Assembly: GCA_019056805.1 (NCBI GenBank)
Contig: DXJG01000008.1
Span: forward strand, 1 to 22,514
Length of the DNA stretch: 22,514 nt
Reading direction: 5' to 3'
From: Candidatus Baldrarchaeota archaeon
GTDB taxonomy: Archaea; Asgardarchaeota; Baldrarchaeia; Baldrarchaeales; DXJG01
Numbering within the stretch: position 1 is the stretch's first letter; every line of letters starts with the position of its first letter. Under the pieces are notes generated by a model. That model made no database searches and was not told where the DNA came from. It worked only from the letters and a program-made list of their open reading frames with translations. The translations under genes and the position numbers were made by a program. Shown here in pieces: positions 9,898 through 18,652 of the stretch.

Positions 9898-10809
9898 GTG
9901 AAGGCCTTGGAAACTCCACAAAAGCCAAAAGGCCGTAAAAAAGTAAGGTGGATAGAGAAAAATATTAAATTCCTGTTTGTTGTGCCTGCCATAATTTATC
10001 TTTTGGCTTTATTATTGTTTCCAGCAGTTTTTAACTTATATGCCTCTTTACATGATTGGTGGATTGGAAGATCGCCTAAATTTATAGGGGCAGAGAATTT
10101 TATAGAGCTATTTCATGATAATCGTTTCATAAATGACGTTATTGTTACTTTTAAATTCGTTATTATCGCTGTTACTATAGAAGTTGGTTTAGGTTTCCTG
10201 TTAGCGTTAGCAGCCACAAAAATAACTAAGGGTGTACAGATTTTCAGAGTTTTATTTATTTTTCCTATTATGGTTGCTCCTATTGCTGCAGGATATATGT
10301 GGAGGATGCTTCTCCACGCAGACTATGGAGTAATACCAAACCTTCTAGCAAGATTGGGCTTTCCTCGAGTAGAAGTTCTATCTAATCCTAAGTTAGCCTT
10401 CTGGGGCATAATATTAATAGATGTATGGCAGTGGATGCCTTTCGTATTCCTAGTCACCTATGCTGGTCTCACCGCCCTACCTAAGGAGCCTTATGAGGCC
10501 GCTCTGGTTGATGGGGCATCTTCATGGCAAATCTTCCGCCACATAACACTACCCCTAATCTCCCCGATACTTCTAACAGTAACCCTTCTAAGATTTGTTG
10601 AAGCTTTCAAGGTGTTTGACATCATTTATATTACGACTGGTGGCGGCCCAGGAATAATGACCGAAAGTCTATCACTTTACGTGTATATACAAGGCTTAAA
10701 ATTCTTTAACCTAGGTTATGCTGGCTGTATTGCCTGGGTCTTCTTCTTAATCGTAATGGTGTTAACAACCCTTTATATCCTGAGGTTAAGAAAGGAGATG
10801 AAACTTTAA
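9898..10809 (+). CDS. Carbohydrate ABC transporter permease (MalF/UgpA-like)
   Basis: FIGAENF, about 6 TM segments, EAA loop EPYEAALVDGAS..QIFRHITLP. Confidence 0.92.
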   Translation: MKALETPQKPKGRKKVRWIEKNIKFLFVVPAIIYLLALLLFPAVFNLYASLHDWWIGRSPKFIGAENFIELFHDNRFINDVIVTFKFVIIAVTIEVGLGFLLALAATKITKGVQIFRVLFIFPIMVAPIAAGYMWRMLLHADYGVIPNLLARLGFPRVEVLSNPKLAFWGIILIDVWQWMPFVFLVTYAGLTALPKEPYEAALVDGASSWQIFRHITLPLISPILLTVTLLRFVEAFKVFDIIYITTGGGPGIMTESLSLYVYIQGLKFFNLGYAGCIAWVFFLIVMVLTTLYILRLRKEMKL

Positions 10810-10822
10810 GGAGGTTAGAAAA

Positions 10823-11689
10823 GTGAGTTACCGCAGAAATGGAACAAAAAGATTTGCAATATTAGACTTTGTACCCTATTTACTACTTACTATCGTTATA
10901 GTATTCTTGTTGTTTCCAGTCTATTGGATGGTCATTACTTCGTTTAAAAGGCCTATTGATACTACGACACCAACCTTAATACCTTTCGTAGACTTTCAAC
11001 CAACATTACGTACATGGACAGACATAGTTTTTGGATTTAACTTTTACCAATCAATTAGAGCACTTCTTAACAGCATAATAACCGCAACAGTAAGCGCAAC
11101 GCTTTGCGTATTAATTGGCGGTGCTGCTGGCTACGGACTTTCAAGATTTAGATTTGAAAAGTGGAAAAATAGAGATATAGCGAGCTTTATACTTGCGCAG
11201 CGAATGATGCCACCAGCGGTAGCCCTCGTGCCACTTTTCATAATGATGAACTACTTCCGCCTAATCGACACGATAATAGCCATAATTCTAATTCACACAG
11301 CCTTTAATTTACCATTTGCAATCTGGATAATGAAAGACTTCTTTGACGAGATCCCTGTTGAGATAGAGGAAGCTGCAATGGTAGATGGATGCACAAGAAC
11401 AGACGCATTCTTCAAAATAGCTTTACCACTAGCAGCACCCGGTCTTATAGTATCATGGATTTTCTGTCTAGCCTTTTCATGGAACGATCTCATGGTAGTA
11501 TTGGCAATGGCATATAACAAAGCCGTAACCTTACCATGGATGATAGCAACTGGCCACTCCATGAGAGCACTGGAATGGTGGACAATAAGCGCATATGGAA
11601 CCCTTGCCATAGTTCCACCAATGATTCTTGCAGCCCTTATTCAAAAATATATAGTTAGAGGTTTAACCTTTGGAGCTGTAAAGGGATAA
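10823..11689 (+). CDS. Carbohydrate ABC transporter permease (MalG/UgpE-like)
   Basis: FPVYWMVITSFK, LPFAIWIMKDFF, EAA loop EIEEAAMVDGCT, YIVRGLTFGAVKG. GGAGG SD. Confidence 0.92.
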   Translation: MSYRRNGTKRFAILDFVPYLLLTIVIVFLLFPVYWMVITSFKRPIDTTTPTLIPFVDFQPTLRTWTDIVFGFNFYQSIRALLNSIITATVSATLCVLIGGAAGYGLSRFRFEKWKNRDIASFILAQRMMPPAVALVPLFIMMNYFRLIDTIIAIILIHTAFNLPFAIWIMKDFFDEIPVEIEEAAMVDGCTRTDAFFKIALPLAAPGLIVSWIFCLAFSWNDLMVVLAMAYNKAVTLPWMIATGHSMRALEWWTISAYGTLAIVPPMILAALIQKYIVRGLTFGAVKG

Positions 11690-11737
11690 AATAAAAACGT
11701 TTAAGATTTTAAGGTAAAAGAACTATGAAGGGGAGTT

Positions 11738-12832
11738 GTGATGGTAAAAATACATTTAGAACATGTAACAAAACTGTTTGGAAAAGTAGTAGCAGTAGAT
11801 GACGTAACCCTAACAATTAATGAAAAGGAATTCATGGTTCTTTTAGGGCCTTCAGGCTGTGGAAAAACAACAACCCTAAGAATAATAGCGGGGCTTGAAG
11901 AACCTACAGAAGGAGAAGTTTACATAGATGACGAACCTGTAACCTATTTACCGCCCAAAGACAGAGATATAGCTATGGTATTCCAAAACTATGCTTTATA
12001 TCCACATATGAAAGTTTACGACAACATAGCATTTCCATTGAGACTTAGAAAATATCCAAAGGAAGAAATTGATAAAATGGTGAAAGAAGTCGCAGAGATG
12101 CTACGCATAGAAGAACTTCTCGATAGAATGCCTAAACAACTAAGCGGTGGAGAACAACAACGTGTAGCACTTGCAAGAGCACTAATAAGAAGACCAAAAG
12201 CCTTCCTCCTAGATGAACCCCTAAGCAACTTAGATGCAAAATTAAGAGTAATGATGAGAGCAGAGCTAAAAAGACTACAAAAAGAACTTGGAGTCACAAC
12301 AGTATATGTTACACATGATCAAGCTGAAGCTATGACTATGGCTGACAGAATCGCCATTATGAAAGATGGAAAAATACAACAAGTAGGATCTCCAGCAGAT
12401 GTGTTTAACAAACCTGTTAATCTGTTTGTTGCAGGTTTCATCGGTAGCCCACCAATGAATTTCATAGAATGCACTGCTACTGAAAAAGGCGATCAATTTC
12501 TTCTTGATGCAGGGGAATTTCAACTAGATGTAACTTGTTTCAAAGATATAATAAAGAAGAATGCTACAAGTAGCGAACTAGTTCTAGGTATAAGACCTGA
12601 CAATGTTATGGTCGACAGGGAAAGAAAAGAGGGACTAGTAGCAAAAGCTACGGTTTACGTTATTGAACCCCTAGGCTCAGAAACCATAATAGATTTAGCA
12701 ATCGGAGACAATATAATAAAAGCTAGGACGCTGGAAGTTGTGGACTTAAAAATGGGTGATGAAGTCTGGGTAGGCTTTGACATGGAAAGATTACATATAT
12801 TTGATAAAAAAACCGAAAAAGCAATAATATAA
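11738..12832 (+). CDS. Carbohydrate ABC transporter ATP-binding protein (MalK/UgpC-like)
   Basis: Walker A GPSGCGKTT, VFQNYALYPH, LSGGEQQR, LLDEPLSNLD, YVTHDQ, C-terminal regulatory domain. Start GTG 11738 or ATG 11741. Confidence 0.95.
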   Translation: MMVKIHLEHVTKLFGKVVAVDDVTLTINEKEFMVLLGPSGCGKTTTLRIIAGLEEPTEGEVYIDDEPVTYLPPKDRDIAMVFQNYALYPHMKVYDNIAFPLRLRKYPKEEIDKMVKEVAEMLRIEELLDRMPKQLSGGEQQRVALARALIRRPKAFLLDEPLSNLDAKLRVMMRAELKRLQKELGVTTVYVTHDQAEAMTMADRIAIMKDGKIQQVGSPADVFNKPVNLFVAGFIGSPPMNFIECTATEKGDQFLLDAGEFQLDVTCFKDIIKKNATSSELVLGIRPDNVMVDRERKEGLVAKATVYVIEPLGSETIIDLAIGDNIIKARTLEVVDLKMGDEVWVGFDMERLHIFDKKTEKAII

Positions 12833-12836
12833 AAAT

Positions 12837-13865
12837 TTACGGTTTAAGAACCACTTTAATAACCTTTTCTTTTCTTTCAGATACTATTCTAAATGCTTTT
12901 TCAAATTCCACTAAAGGTAAAACATGAGTAATAAGAGGTTTAACTCTAACGAGCCCGTTAGAAACAAGTTTTATAGCATTTTCCCAAACATTTGGACTAG
13001 AGAAACAACCGTAAATACTTACATCCTTAAAAACAATTTTATCAGAGTTTATTGGAGCTGTTTCACCACCCGAAAGACCAACAATAGAAATACTTCCACC
13101 TGGCTTAACCATATCTAAAGCTGTATCTAAAACCTTTGCAGCATTAGAAGCTGCAATAATTACAGCATCAGCTCCTCTACCAGTTACATGTAAAACAGTC
13201 TCAACAGCAGATTCTTCCTCGATATTAACGGTAATATCAGCTCCAAGTTCTTTTCCCAATTTTAATTTATACTCACTTCTAGGCGTTCCAATTAAGATTA
13301 CCTGAGTTGCGCCCAGAGCTTTCGCAGCCTGGAGAGAAAGTAAACCTATTGTTCCAGGACCTATTATAACTACGCTATCACCAGTTGAGACATTAGCTCT
13401 TTTAACAGCTCTTAATGAAACTGAAGTAGGCTCTATTAGAGCACCTTCAACATCTGATATGCTCTCTGGAATTTTATGCACTGCCCTTTCATTAACGCAA
13501 ATATAGTCTGAATATGCTCCAATTAAAATGCCATCAGCCCACTTACCTCTATAATTTATACAAAGATTATATCTTCCAGAAATACATTCTGGACAATAAC
13601 CACAACCCATAGTACATTCCACAACAACTTTATCTCCAATCTCAACACTACCCACAAGATCTCCAACTTCCACAACTACACCACATACCTCATGTCCCAA
13701 AACTACAGGGAGAGCATATTTACCAGAAAAAAGCTCTAAATCAGTCCTACAAACTCCAACTGCTCTTACCCTTATTAAAACTTCATGTGACCTTGGCTTA
13801 GGTACCTCAACTTCTTCAATTACCGCTTTATACGGACCAATAACTTTTACTTGCCTTGATTTCAT
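12837..13865 (-). CDS. Zn-dependent MDR dehydrogenase (polyol/sugar-alcohol dehydrogenase-like)
   Basis: GVCRTD, GHE, structural Zn CGYCPECISGRYNLC, IEP, Rossmann GPGTIG. Confidence 0.88.
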   Translation of the reverse strand: MKSRQVKVIGPYKAVIEEVEVPKPRSHEVLIRVRAVGVCRTDLELFSGKYALPVVLGHEVCGVVVEVGDLVGSVEIGDKVVVECTMGCGYCPECISGRYNLCINYRGKWADGILIGAYSDYICVNERAVHKIPESISDVEGALIEPTSVSLRAVKRANVSTGDSVVIIGPGTIGLLSLQAAKALGATQVILIGTPRSEYKLKLGKELGADITVNIEEESAVETVLHVTGRGADAVIIAASNAAKVLDTALDMVKPGGSISIVGLSGGETAPINSDKIVFKDVSIYGCFSSPNVWENAIKLVSNGLVRVKPLITHVLPLVEFEKAFRIVSERKEKVIKVVLKP

Positions 13866-13961
13866 TTTGATCCCCTAAACCCAACATTCTAAACATTAAA
13901 TTGAAATAATAACTTCTCAACTTAAGCCATCGAACTTTCAATACTACTACTGCGCACAAGA

Positions 13962-13973
13962 TTTTATATAAAA
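13962..13973. promoter_or_regulatory. Palindromic TATA element in the divergent dehydrogenase/pfkB spacer
   Basis: Perfect palindrome TTTTATATAAAA, usable in both directions. Confidence 0.35.
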
Positions 13974-14064
13974 AGTATGATTTTTAAAAGAGATAAGAAT
14001 CATTGTTTATTGCCAAAGTTTATATTTCGATAAAATTTTATGTACATAGTTGAGGGTGGAGAAA

Positions 14065-15045
14065 TTGCCTGAAATTATTGGAATAGGAGAAATTTTGATC
14101 GATTTTGTTGCCTTAGAACCAGGATCTTATGTTGATGTATCAGGTTTCTTAAAAAGATTAGGCGGAGCACCAATGAACTGCATAATAGTTGCAAAAAAAC
14201 TTGGAATAGATGTAGGTGCTATAACCGCCGTAGGTAACGACCCTCTTGGAGACTTCCTAATTAATGAATTAAAAAAGCAAGGCGTAGATATAACTTGTGT
14301 AAAAAGGAAGAATGCACGAACAACCATTACCTTTGTAGCTAATGACCCTGAAACAGGAGAAAGAACTTTCCTATTTTACAGAGAACCATGGATCAAAGGA
14401 ACAGCTGATAACCTTCTTAGCCCCGACGATATCGATGAGAAGTATATAGCGAGAGCCAAAATCCTCCACGTTAGCGGATTTGCTATGTCTAAAGAACCAG
14501 CTAGAGAAGCAGTTCTCAAAGCAGTTGATATAGCAGTGAAAAACAAAGTCGAGATATCTTTTGACCCAACACTTCGACTAGATGTATGGCAATCTTCAGA
14601 TGAAATAAAAGATTTGTATGATAAAGTCCTAGAAAAGGCGAGTATAGCTACTTTTTCAAAAGAAGAAGCAGCATTTGTTTTAGGCGAACTTGACCCACTC
14701 GAGGCTGCGAAAAAGGCATTAAAATACGGTTTAAAAATCGTAGGGATAAAACTTGGTGGAGAAGGATCTCTTATACTGAGGGATAGTGGAAAAGGAATAA
14801 AGGCTTCTGCATTTGAAATAAAGCCGGTGGATACTACTGGTGCAGGTGATGCATGGAATGCTGCACTCCTAGTTGGCTTACTTAAAGGTTGGGGCTTAGA
14901 GAAATGTATATTGTTTGCTAACGCCGCTGGAGCTCATGCATGCATGCATAAAGGAGCTACAGAAGGAATACCAACGTTACCAGAATTAGAAAAATTTGTA
15001 GTAAGGTGGAGAAACAGAGTAAAAATAGAATACATAGAAACCTAA
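14065..15045 (+). CDS. PfkB-family carbohydrate kinase (fructokinase/KDG kinase-like)
   Basis: GIGEILID, GGAPMN, SFDPTLR, anion-hole motif DTTGAGD. TTG 14065 follows GAGGGTGG (ORF track start 14050). Confidence 0.9.
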   Translation: MPEIIGIGEILIDFVALEPGSYVDVSGFLKRLGGAPMNCIIVAKKLGIDVGAITAVGNDPLGDFLINELKKQGVDITCVKRKNARTTITFVANDPETGERTFLFYREPWIKGTADNLLSPDDIDEKYIARAKILHVSGFAMSKEPAREAVLKAVDIAVKNKVEISFDPTLRLDVWQSSDEIKDLYDKVLEKASIATFSKEEAAFVLGELDPLEAAKKALKYGLKIVGIKLGGEGSLILRDSGKGIKASAFEIKPVDTTGAGDAWNAALLVGLLKGWGLEKCILFANAAGAHACMHKGATEGIPTLPELEKFVVRWRNRVKIEYIET

Positions 15046-15050
15046 TTTTC

Positions 15051-15083
15051 TCGACAATGTCCAGGCTCTGAGTAGACTATCCA
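15051..15083 (+). promoter_or_regulatory. Candidate operator TCGACAATGTCC plus second half-site, upstream of rbsD
   Basis: Perfect GACAATGTC palindrome at 15053-15061; second GAC exactly 22 bp downstream (15075). Confidence 0.4.
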
Positions 15084-15142
15084 CAAAGGTCTTGGAAATA
15101 ATCTTAAAAATATGATCAAACAAAAATTATTAGGTGGTTTGT

Positions 15143-15538
15143 ATGAAGAAGAGGGGTATACTTAATCCCGAACTATCTAAGGTTATTGCAAGTTTAGGTC
15201 ATACAGACATGCTTGTAGTATGTGATGCCGGTTTCCCAGTGCCAAAAGAAGTTAAAAGAATAGATCTAATTTTAACCGAAAATATACCTCGATTCTTTGA
15301 CACACTAAAACTTATTTTGGACGAATTAGAGGTTGAAGGCGCTATAGTAGCAAAGGAGACAAGACAAACAAGTCCTCAAGTATATGAAAAAATCAAGGAA
15401 ATGTTAAAAGATATTCCAATAAAGGAAGTCTCACATAAAGAGTTCAAAGAAATTTCAAAACAGGCAAAAGCAGTTGTTAAAACAGGAGAATTCACACCCT
15501 ACGCAAACATAATATTAATTTGCGGAGTCGTCTACTAA
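15143..15538 (+). CDS. rbsD: D-ribose pyranase (RbsD/FucU family)
   Basis: MKKRGILN..LGHTDMLVVCDAGFP (catalytic His), SHKEFK, KTGEFTPYANIIL. ATG 15143 follows AGGTGG. Confidence 0.93.
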   Translation: MKKRGILNPELSKVIASLGHTDMLVVCDAGFPVPKEVKRIDLILTENIPRFFDTLKLILDELEVEGAIVAKETRQTSPQVYEKIKEMLKDIPIKEVSHKEFKEISKQAKAVVKTGEFTPYANIILICGVVY

Positions 15539-15736
15539 TCCTCATCTTTCCTTTTTAAACTCGACAAGAAAACATAGTTTTCAACTCTAAAACGTAGACA
15601 GAGACGCTTATAGATTTTCCATCACTAAATTTGATAATTTCAAGGAAAATTATATAAGGAACGATTAAAAGTATAAATTAATGTTAAAATTAAATCTACC
15701 CCGAGATTTTCATATGAATCAAAAGGAGGGTGAGAA

Positions 15737-16297
15737 TTGGAAAAATTAGAAAGATTTTTTGCAGCCCTTAGCGAAATAGCAGGTCACATAGATAAAGTGA
15801 GAAACGAAATAAACAAAGATGAAGTAGAAAGGTTAGTAAATGCTGTTCTTAATAGTAAAAAGGTTTATTGCTATGGAGCTGGTAGATCAGGTTTTATGGC
15901 AAGATCATTTGCTCAAAGATTAATGCACATAGGAATAGAAGCTTATTTTATTGGAGAAACGATCACCCCAGCATGCGAAACAGGAGATCTCCTTGTATCT
16001 GTTTCTGGAAGTGGAGGAACAACCTCAACAGTAAGTATCGCCTCAAAAGCAAAAGAACTAGGGGTAACTGTAGCAGCCATAACAGCTCATAAAGAAGGAA
16101 AACTAGCCAAAATAGCAGATATAATTGTATATGTACCTGGCAAAACTAAACTGGTAGAACAAGAATCCTATGCACCATTCACTTCGCTATTTGACATAGC
16201 AACATTATCAGTTTTAGATAGCGTAGCAGCTGAAGTCATGGCTAGACGCGGCGTAACAGAAGAACTAATATTAAAACGACACGCAAATGTCGAATAA
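15737..16297 (+). CDS. hxlB: 6-phospho-3-hexuloisomerase (PHI/HxlB, SIS domain)
   Basis: YGAGRSG..ARSFAQRLMHIG, VSGSG, C-terminal RHANVE. TTG start after GGAGGGTGA; TATA TTATATAA near 15650. Confidence 0.87.
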   Translation: MEKLERFFAALSEIAGHIDKVRNEINKDEVERLVNAVLNSKKVYCYGAGRSGFMARSFAQRLMHIGIEAYFIGETITPACETGDLLVSVSGSGGTTSTVSIASKAKELGVTVAAITAHKEGKLAKIADIIVYVPGKTKLVEQESYAPFTSLFDIATLSVLDSVAAEVMARRGVTEELILKRHANVE

Positions 16298-16311
16298 AAG
16301 GAGGAATCAAA

Positions 16312-17250
16312 ATGTTAGACATAATAGGCTTAGGAGAAGTTTGTATAGATTGGATAGTCAAAGTTGAAAGATTCCCCGAACCTGATGAGAAAATCTTCAT
16401 GAAAGGTTCTGGAAAATTTCCAGGAGGCGTTACTGCGAATTTCGTAACAGCATTCGCCAGACTAGGAGGTAAAGCCGCATTTATTGGTGGAGTTGGTAAA
16501 GATGAATACGGAAAATTCATCATAGACACATTCACGAAAGAGGGAGTAGACACAGCTCACACAGTTAGACATGAAGATAGATCTACAGCAGTCAACATAA
16601 TACTTGTGGATAAAAATGGTGAAAGAGTAATAGTTCAAGACCCAAATCTAAGAGACAATGTCCCAGAACCAGAATACTTCGATCGAAAAGATGTACAAGA
16701 ATACATAGCCTCCTCCAAGGCACTACACACCACCGCTATCAAAGTTAAAACTTCAGAGAAGGCATTTAAAATAGCTAAAGAACATGGACTTCTAACATCT
16801 TTTGATCTTGAAAAACACGTAGCCGAATATGGATTGAACCAGCTTAAAACCATCTTAAAGTTAACAGACATATTAATGCCAAATAAACTTGGTATACGCG
16901 CTTTAACAGGAGAAGAAGACTTTGAAAAAGCAGCTAGAAAACTTATGGAACTAGGTCCAAAAGTCGTAGTCATAACATTAGGTTCCAAAGGTAACATGGT
17001 TGTAACTGAAAGTGACGTTATTACTGCTCCAGCATTTCAAGTAGAGGTTGTAGACACAACTGGTGCAGGTGATGCCTTTAACGCCGCTTTCCTATACTCT
17101 GTAATAGTGAAAAAATGGGATTACCAAAAAGCTTCAACATTTGCCAATGCTGTTGCAGCCTTAAAATGTACAAAAATAGGAGCACAAACAGGCCTACCAA
17201 AACTTGAAGAAGTCAATGAATTCCTAAAAAACAAAGGCGTCACACTTTAA
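16312..17250 (+). CDS. PfkB/ribokinase-family kinase (ribokinase, ribose-1-phosphate kinase or nucleoside kinase candidate)
   Basis: GLGEVCIDWIVKVERFPEPDEK, PGGVTAN, IGGVGKD, DTTGAGDAFN. GGAGG SD. Confidence 0.88.
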   Translation: MLDIIGLGEVCIDWIVKVERFPEPDEKIFMKGSGKFPGGVTANFVTAFARLGGKAAFIGGVGKDEYGKFIIDTFTKEGVDTAHTVRHEDRSTAVNIILVDKNGERVIVQDPNLRDNVPEPEYFDRKDVQEYIASSKALHTTAIKVKTSEKAFKIAKEHGLLTSFDLEKHVAEYGLNQLKTILKLTDILMPNKLGIRALTGEEDFEKAARKLMELGPKVVVITLGSKGNMVVTESDVITAPAFQVEVVDTTGAGDAFNAAFLYSVIVKKWDYQKASTFANAVAALKCTKIGAQTGLPKLEEVNEFLKNKGVTL

Positions 17251-17464
17251 TCCACTTATTATTGCTACTTTTGTAAAGTGCCCTTTTTCTCTTTATATAG
17301 TCCATTTGTATCTAAGATTATTAAAACGAATTTTCAATTCATTTTGCAGTTATCTATGATTTATGTGGCTTAAATGAGAAAGAAGTGAAAAATGTCAAGT
17401 TTTTTGTAATTTTTCTATTTGTATAGGATTTTTGTCTAAAAACAAAAATTTTAAATACTTCTTA

Positions 17465-17499
17465 TATAACATTGTCATATAACACTGTCATAAACATTT
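17465..17499 (+). promoter_or_regulatory. Tandem 13-bp direct repeat over the core promoter of the sulfur/selenium operon
   Basis: TATAACATTGTCA (17465-17477), TATAACACTGTCA (17478-17490), partial TAAACATTT. Overlaps TTATATAA 17462-17469 and follows TTTAAATA 17450-17457. Confidence 0.55.
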
Positions 17500-17529
17500 G
17501 ATGCACACGGGAAAGGATGGCGATGCAAC

Positions 17530-18054
17530 ATGCAAAACACCATTCTTAAGCTTTACAAAAAAGCATTTCAGCAAGCATGGCCCGCCTGGTTAGGAGGTAT
17601 ATTATTAGGGCTCTTAAATGTTTTAGAATTCGCATTCAAAAAGCCATGGGGCATTACAACGAGTGAATCCCGTTGGACTGGCTGGTTTCTTTATGCTCTA
17701 GATGTCCAAATAGACAAAGCTCCTCAATGGCTCTACTATCAGCAATATAAGACATTGATTAACCCTCCATTGCTTGACAGTGGAACTTTAATAGATATGG
17801 GAATTATCGCTGGCGCATTAATCTCTGCTCTTTTAGCTTACGATTTTAAACTTCGAGTTCCTGCTAAAAAGAGTAGGTTGGCTCAAGGATTTATTGGAGG
17901 AGTATTAATGGGCTATGGTGCCAGACTAGCCATGGGGTGTAATATTGGCGGATTCTTCAGTGCGATTCCCCAGCTAGCCTTTAATGGATGGGTTTTCTTC
18001 ATAGGACTTCTAATAGGCGGATATATTGGCGCTAAACTGGTGGTGAAATTATGA
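17530..18054 (+). CDS. yedE: YeeE/YedE-family sulfur/selenium transporter, N-terminal half
   Basis: WPAWLGG, WGITT..SRW, GGVLMGYGARLAMGCNIGGFFSAIPQL, matching the E. coli YedE N-half as I recall it (GARLAMGCNLAAFFTGIPQF). Confidence 0.85.
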   Translation: MQNTILKLYKKAFQQAWPAWLGGILLGLLNVLEFAFKKPWGITTSESRWTGWFLYALDVQIDKAPQWLYYQQYKTLINPPLLDSGTLIDMGIIAGALISALLAYDFKLRVPAKKSRLAQGFIGGVLMGYGARLAMGCNIGGFFSAIPQLAFNGWVFFIGLLIGGYIGAKLVVKL

Positions 18055-18647
18055 AACTAAAACAGCCCATGCTAGGTTTAATAGCACTAACCTTGATTTT
18101 CATTATAATCGCCATATACACCTATGTAGGACTAATTGAACTTGGAATTTTCCTTCTGTTCGGTCTAGCCTATGGAATCGTCTTGGAAAGAAGCAGATTT
18201 TGTTTTGCGTCATCGTTCAGGGATCTATTTATCACAAAGGATGCTAGATTGGCTCGTGGAGTAGCAGCAGGGATCCTTGTAGCCACAATCGGTTTCTCAA
18301 TTCTAATGATATCGGGCATACGAAGTGCCAAAGTTCTTCCCGTCGGTTTTCATACGCTCATTGGAGGCATATTATTTGGTTTTGGAATGGTTCTTGCTGG
18401 TGGCTGTGCATCAGGCACGCTCTTCAGGATCGGTGAGGGATATGTTACACTCTGGTTCGCACTACTGGGCACGTTAACAGGGATGATTCTTCTCGCAGCT
18501 ACATGGCCATTTCTATGGTACAATTACATAAAATATCAGCCTAAAATCTGGTTAGTTGACTATCTAGGCTGGGGCGGTGCCATAGCACTAACAATCTCTC
18601 TAATTCTAATCTATTACATAATTGTAACTCTTTGGGAGAAGAGGTGA
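18051..18647 (+). CDS. yedE: YeeE/YedE-family sulfur/selenium transporter, C-terminal half
   Basis: LERSRFCFASSFRD, GGILFGFGMVLAGGCASG, ends WEKR. ATGA overlap with the N-half gene. Confidence 0.85.
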   Translation: MKLKQPMLGLIALTLIFIIIAIYTYVGLIELGIFLLFGLAYGIVLERSRFCFASSFRDLFITKDARLARGVAAGILVATIGFSILMISGIRSAKVLPVGFHTLIGGILFGFGMVLAGGCASGTLFRIGEGYVTLWFALLGTLTGMILLAATWPFLWYNYIKYQPKIWLVDYLGWGGAIALTISLILIYYIIVTLWEKR

Positions 18648-18652
18648 AAGTT

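Noticed and set aside
7931-15600. AAAACGT elements upstream of the SBP (7932), ATPase (about 11695) and PHI (about 15589)
   Set aside because: Too short and AT-rich, with inconsistent flanks and positions; not separable from chance.
17251-17450. Long AT-rich spacer as possible ncRNA or CRISPR leader
   Set aside because: No repeat-spacer array, stable hairpin, tRNA fold or C/D-box pair recognised; consistent with terminator plus promoter.
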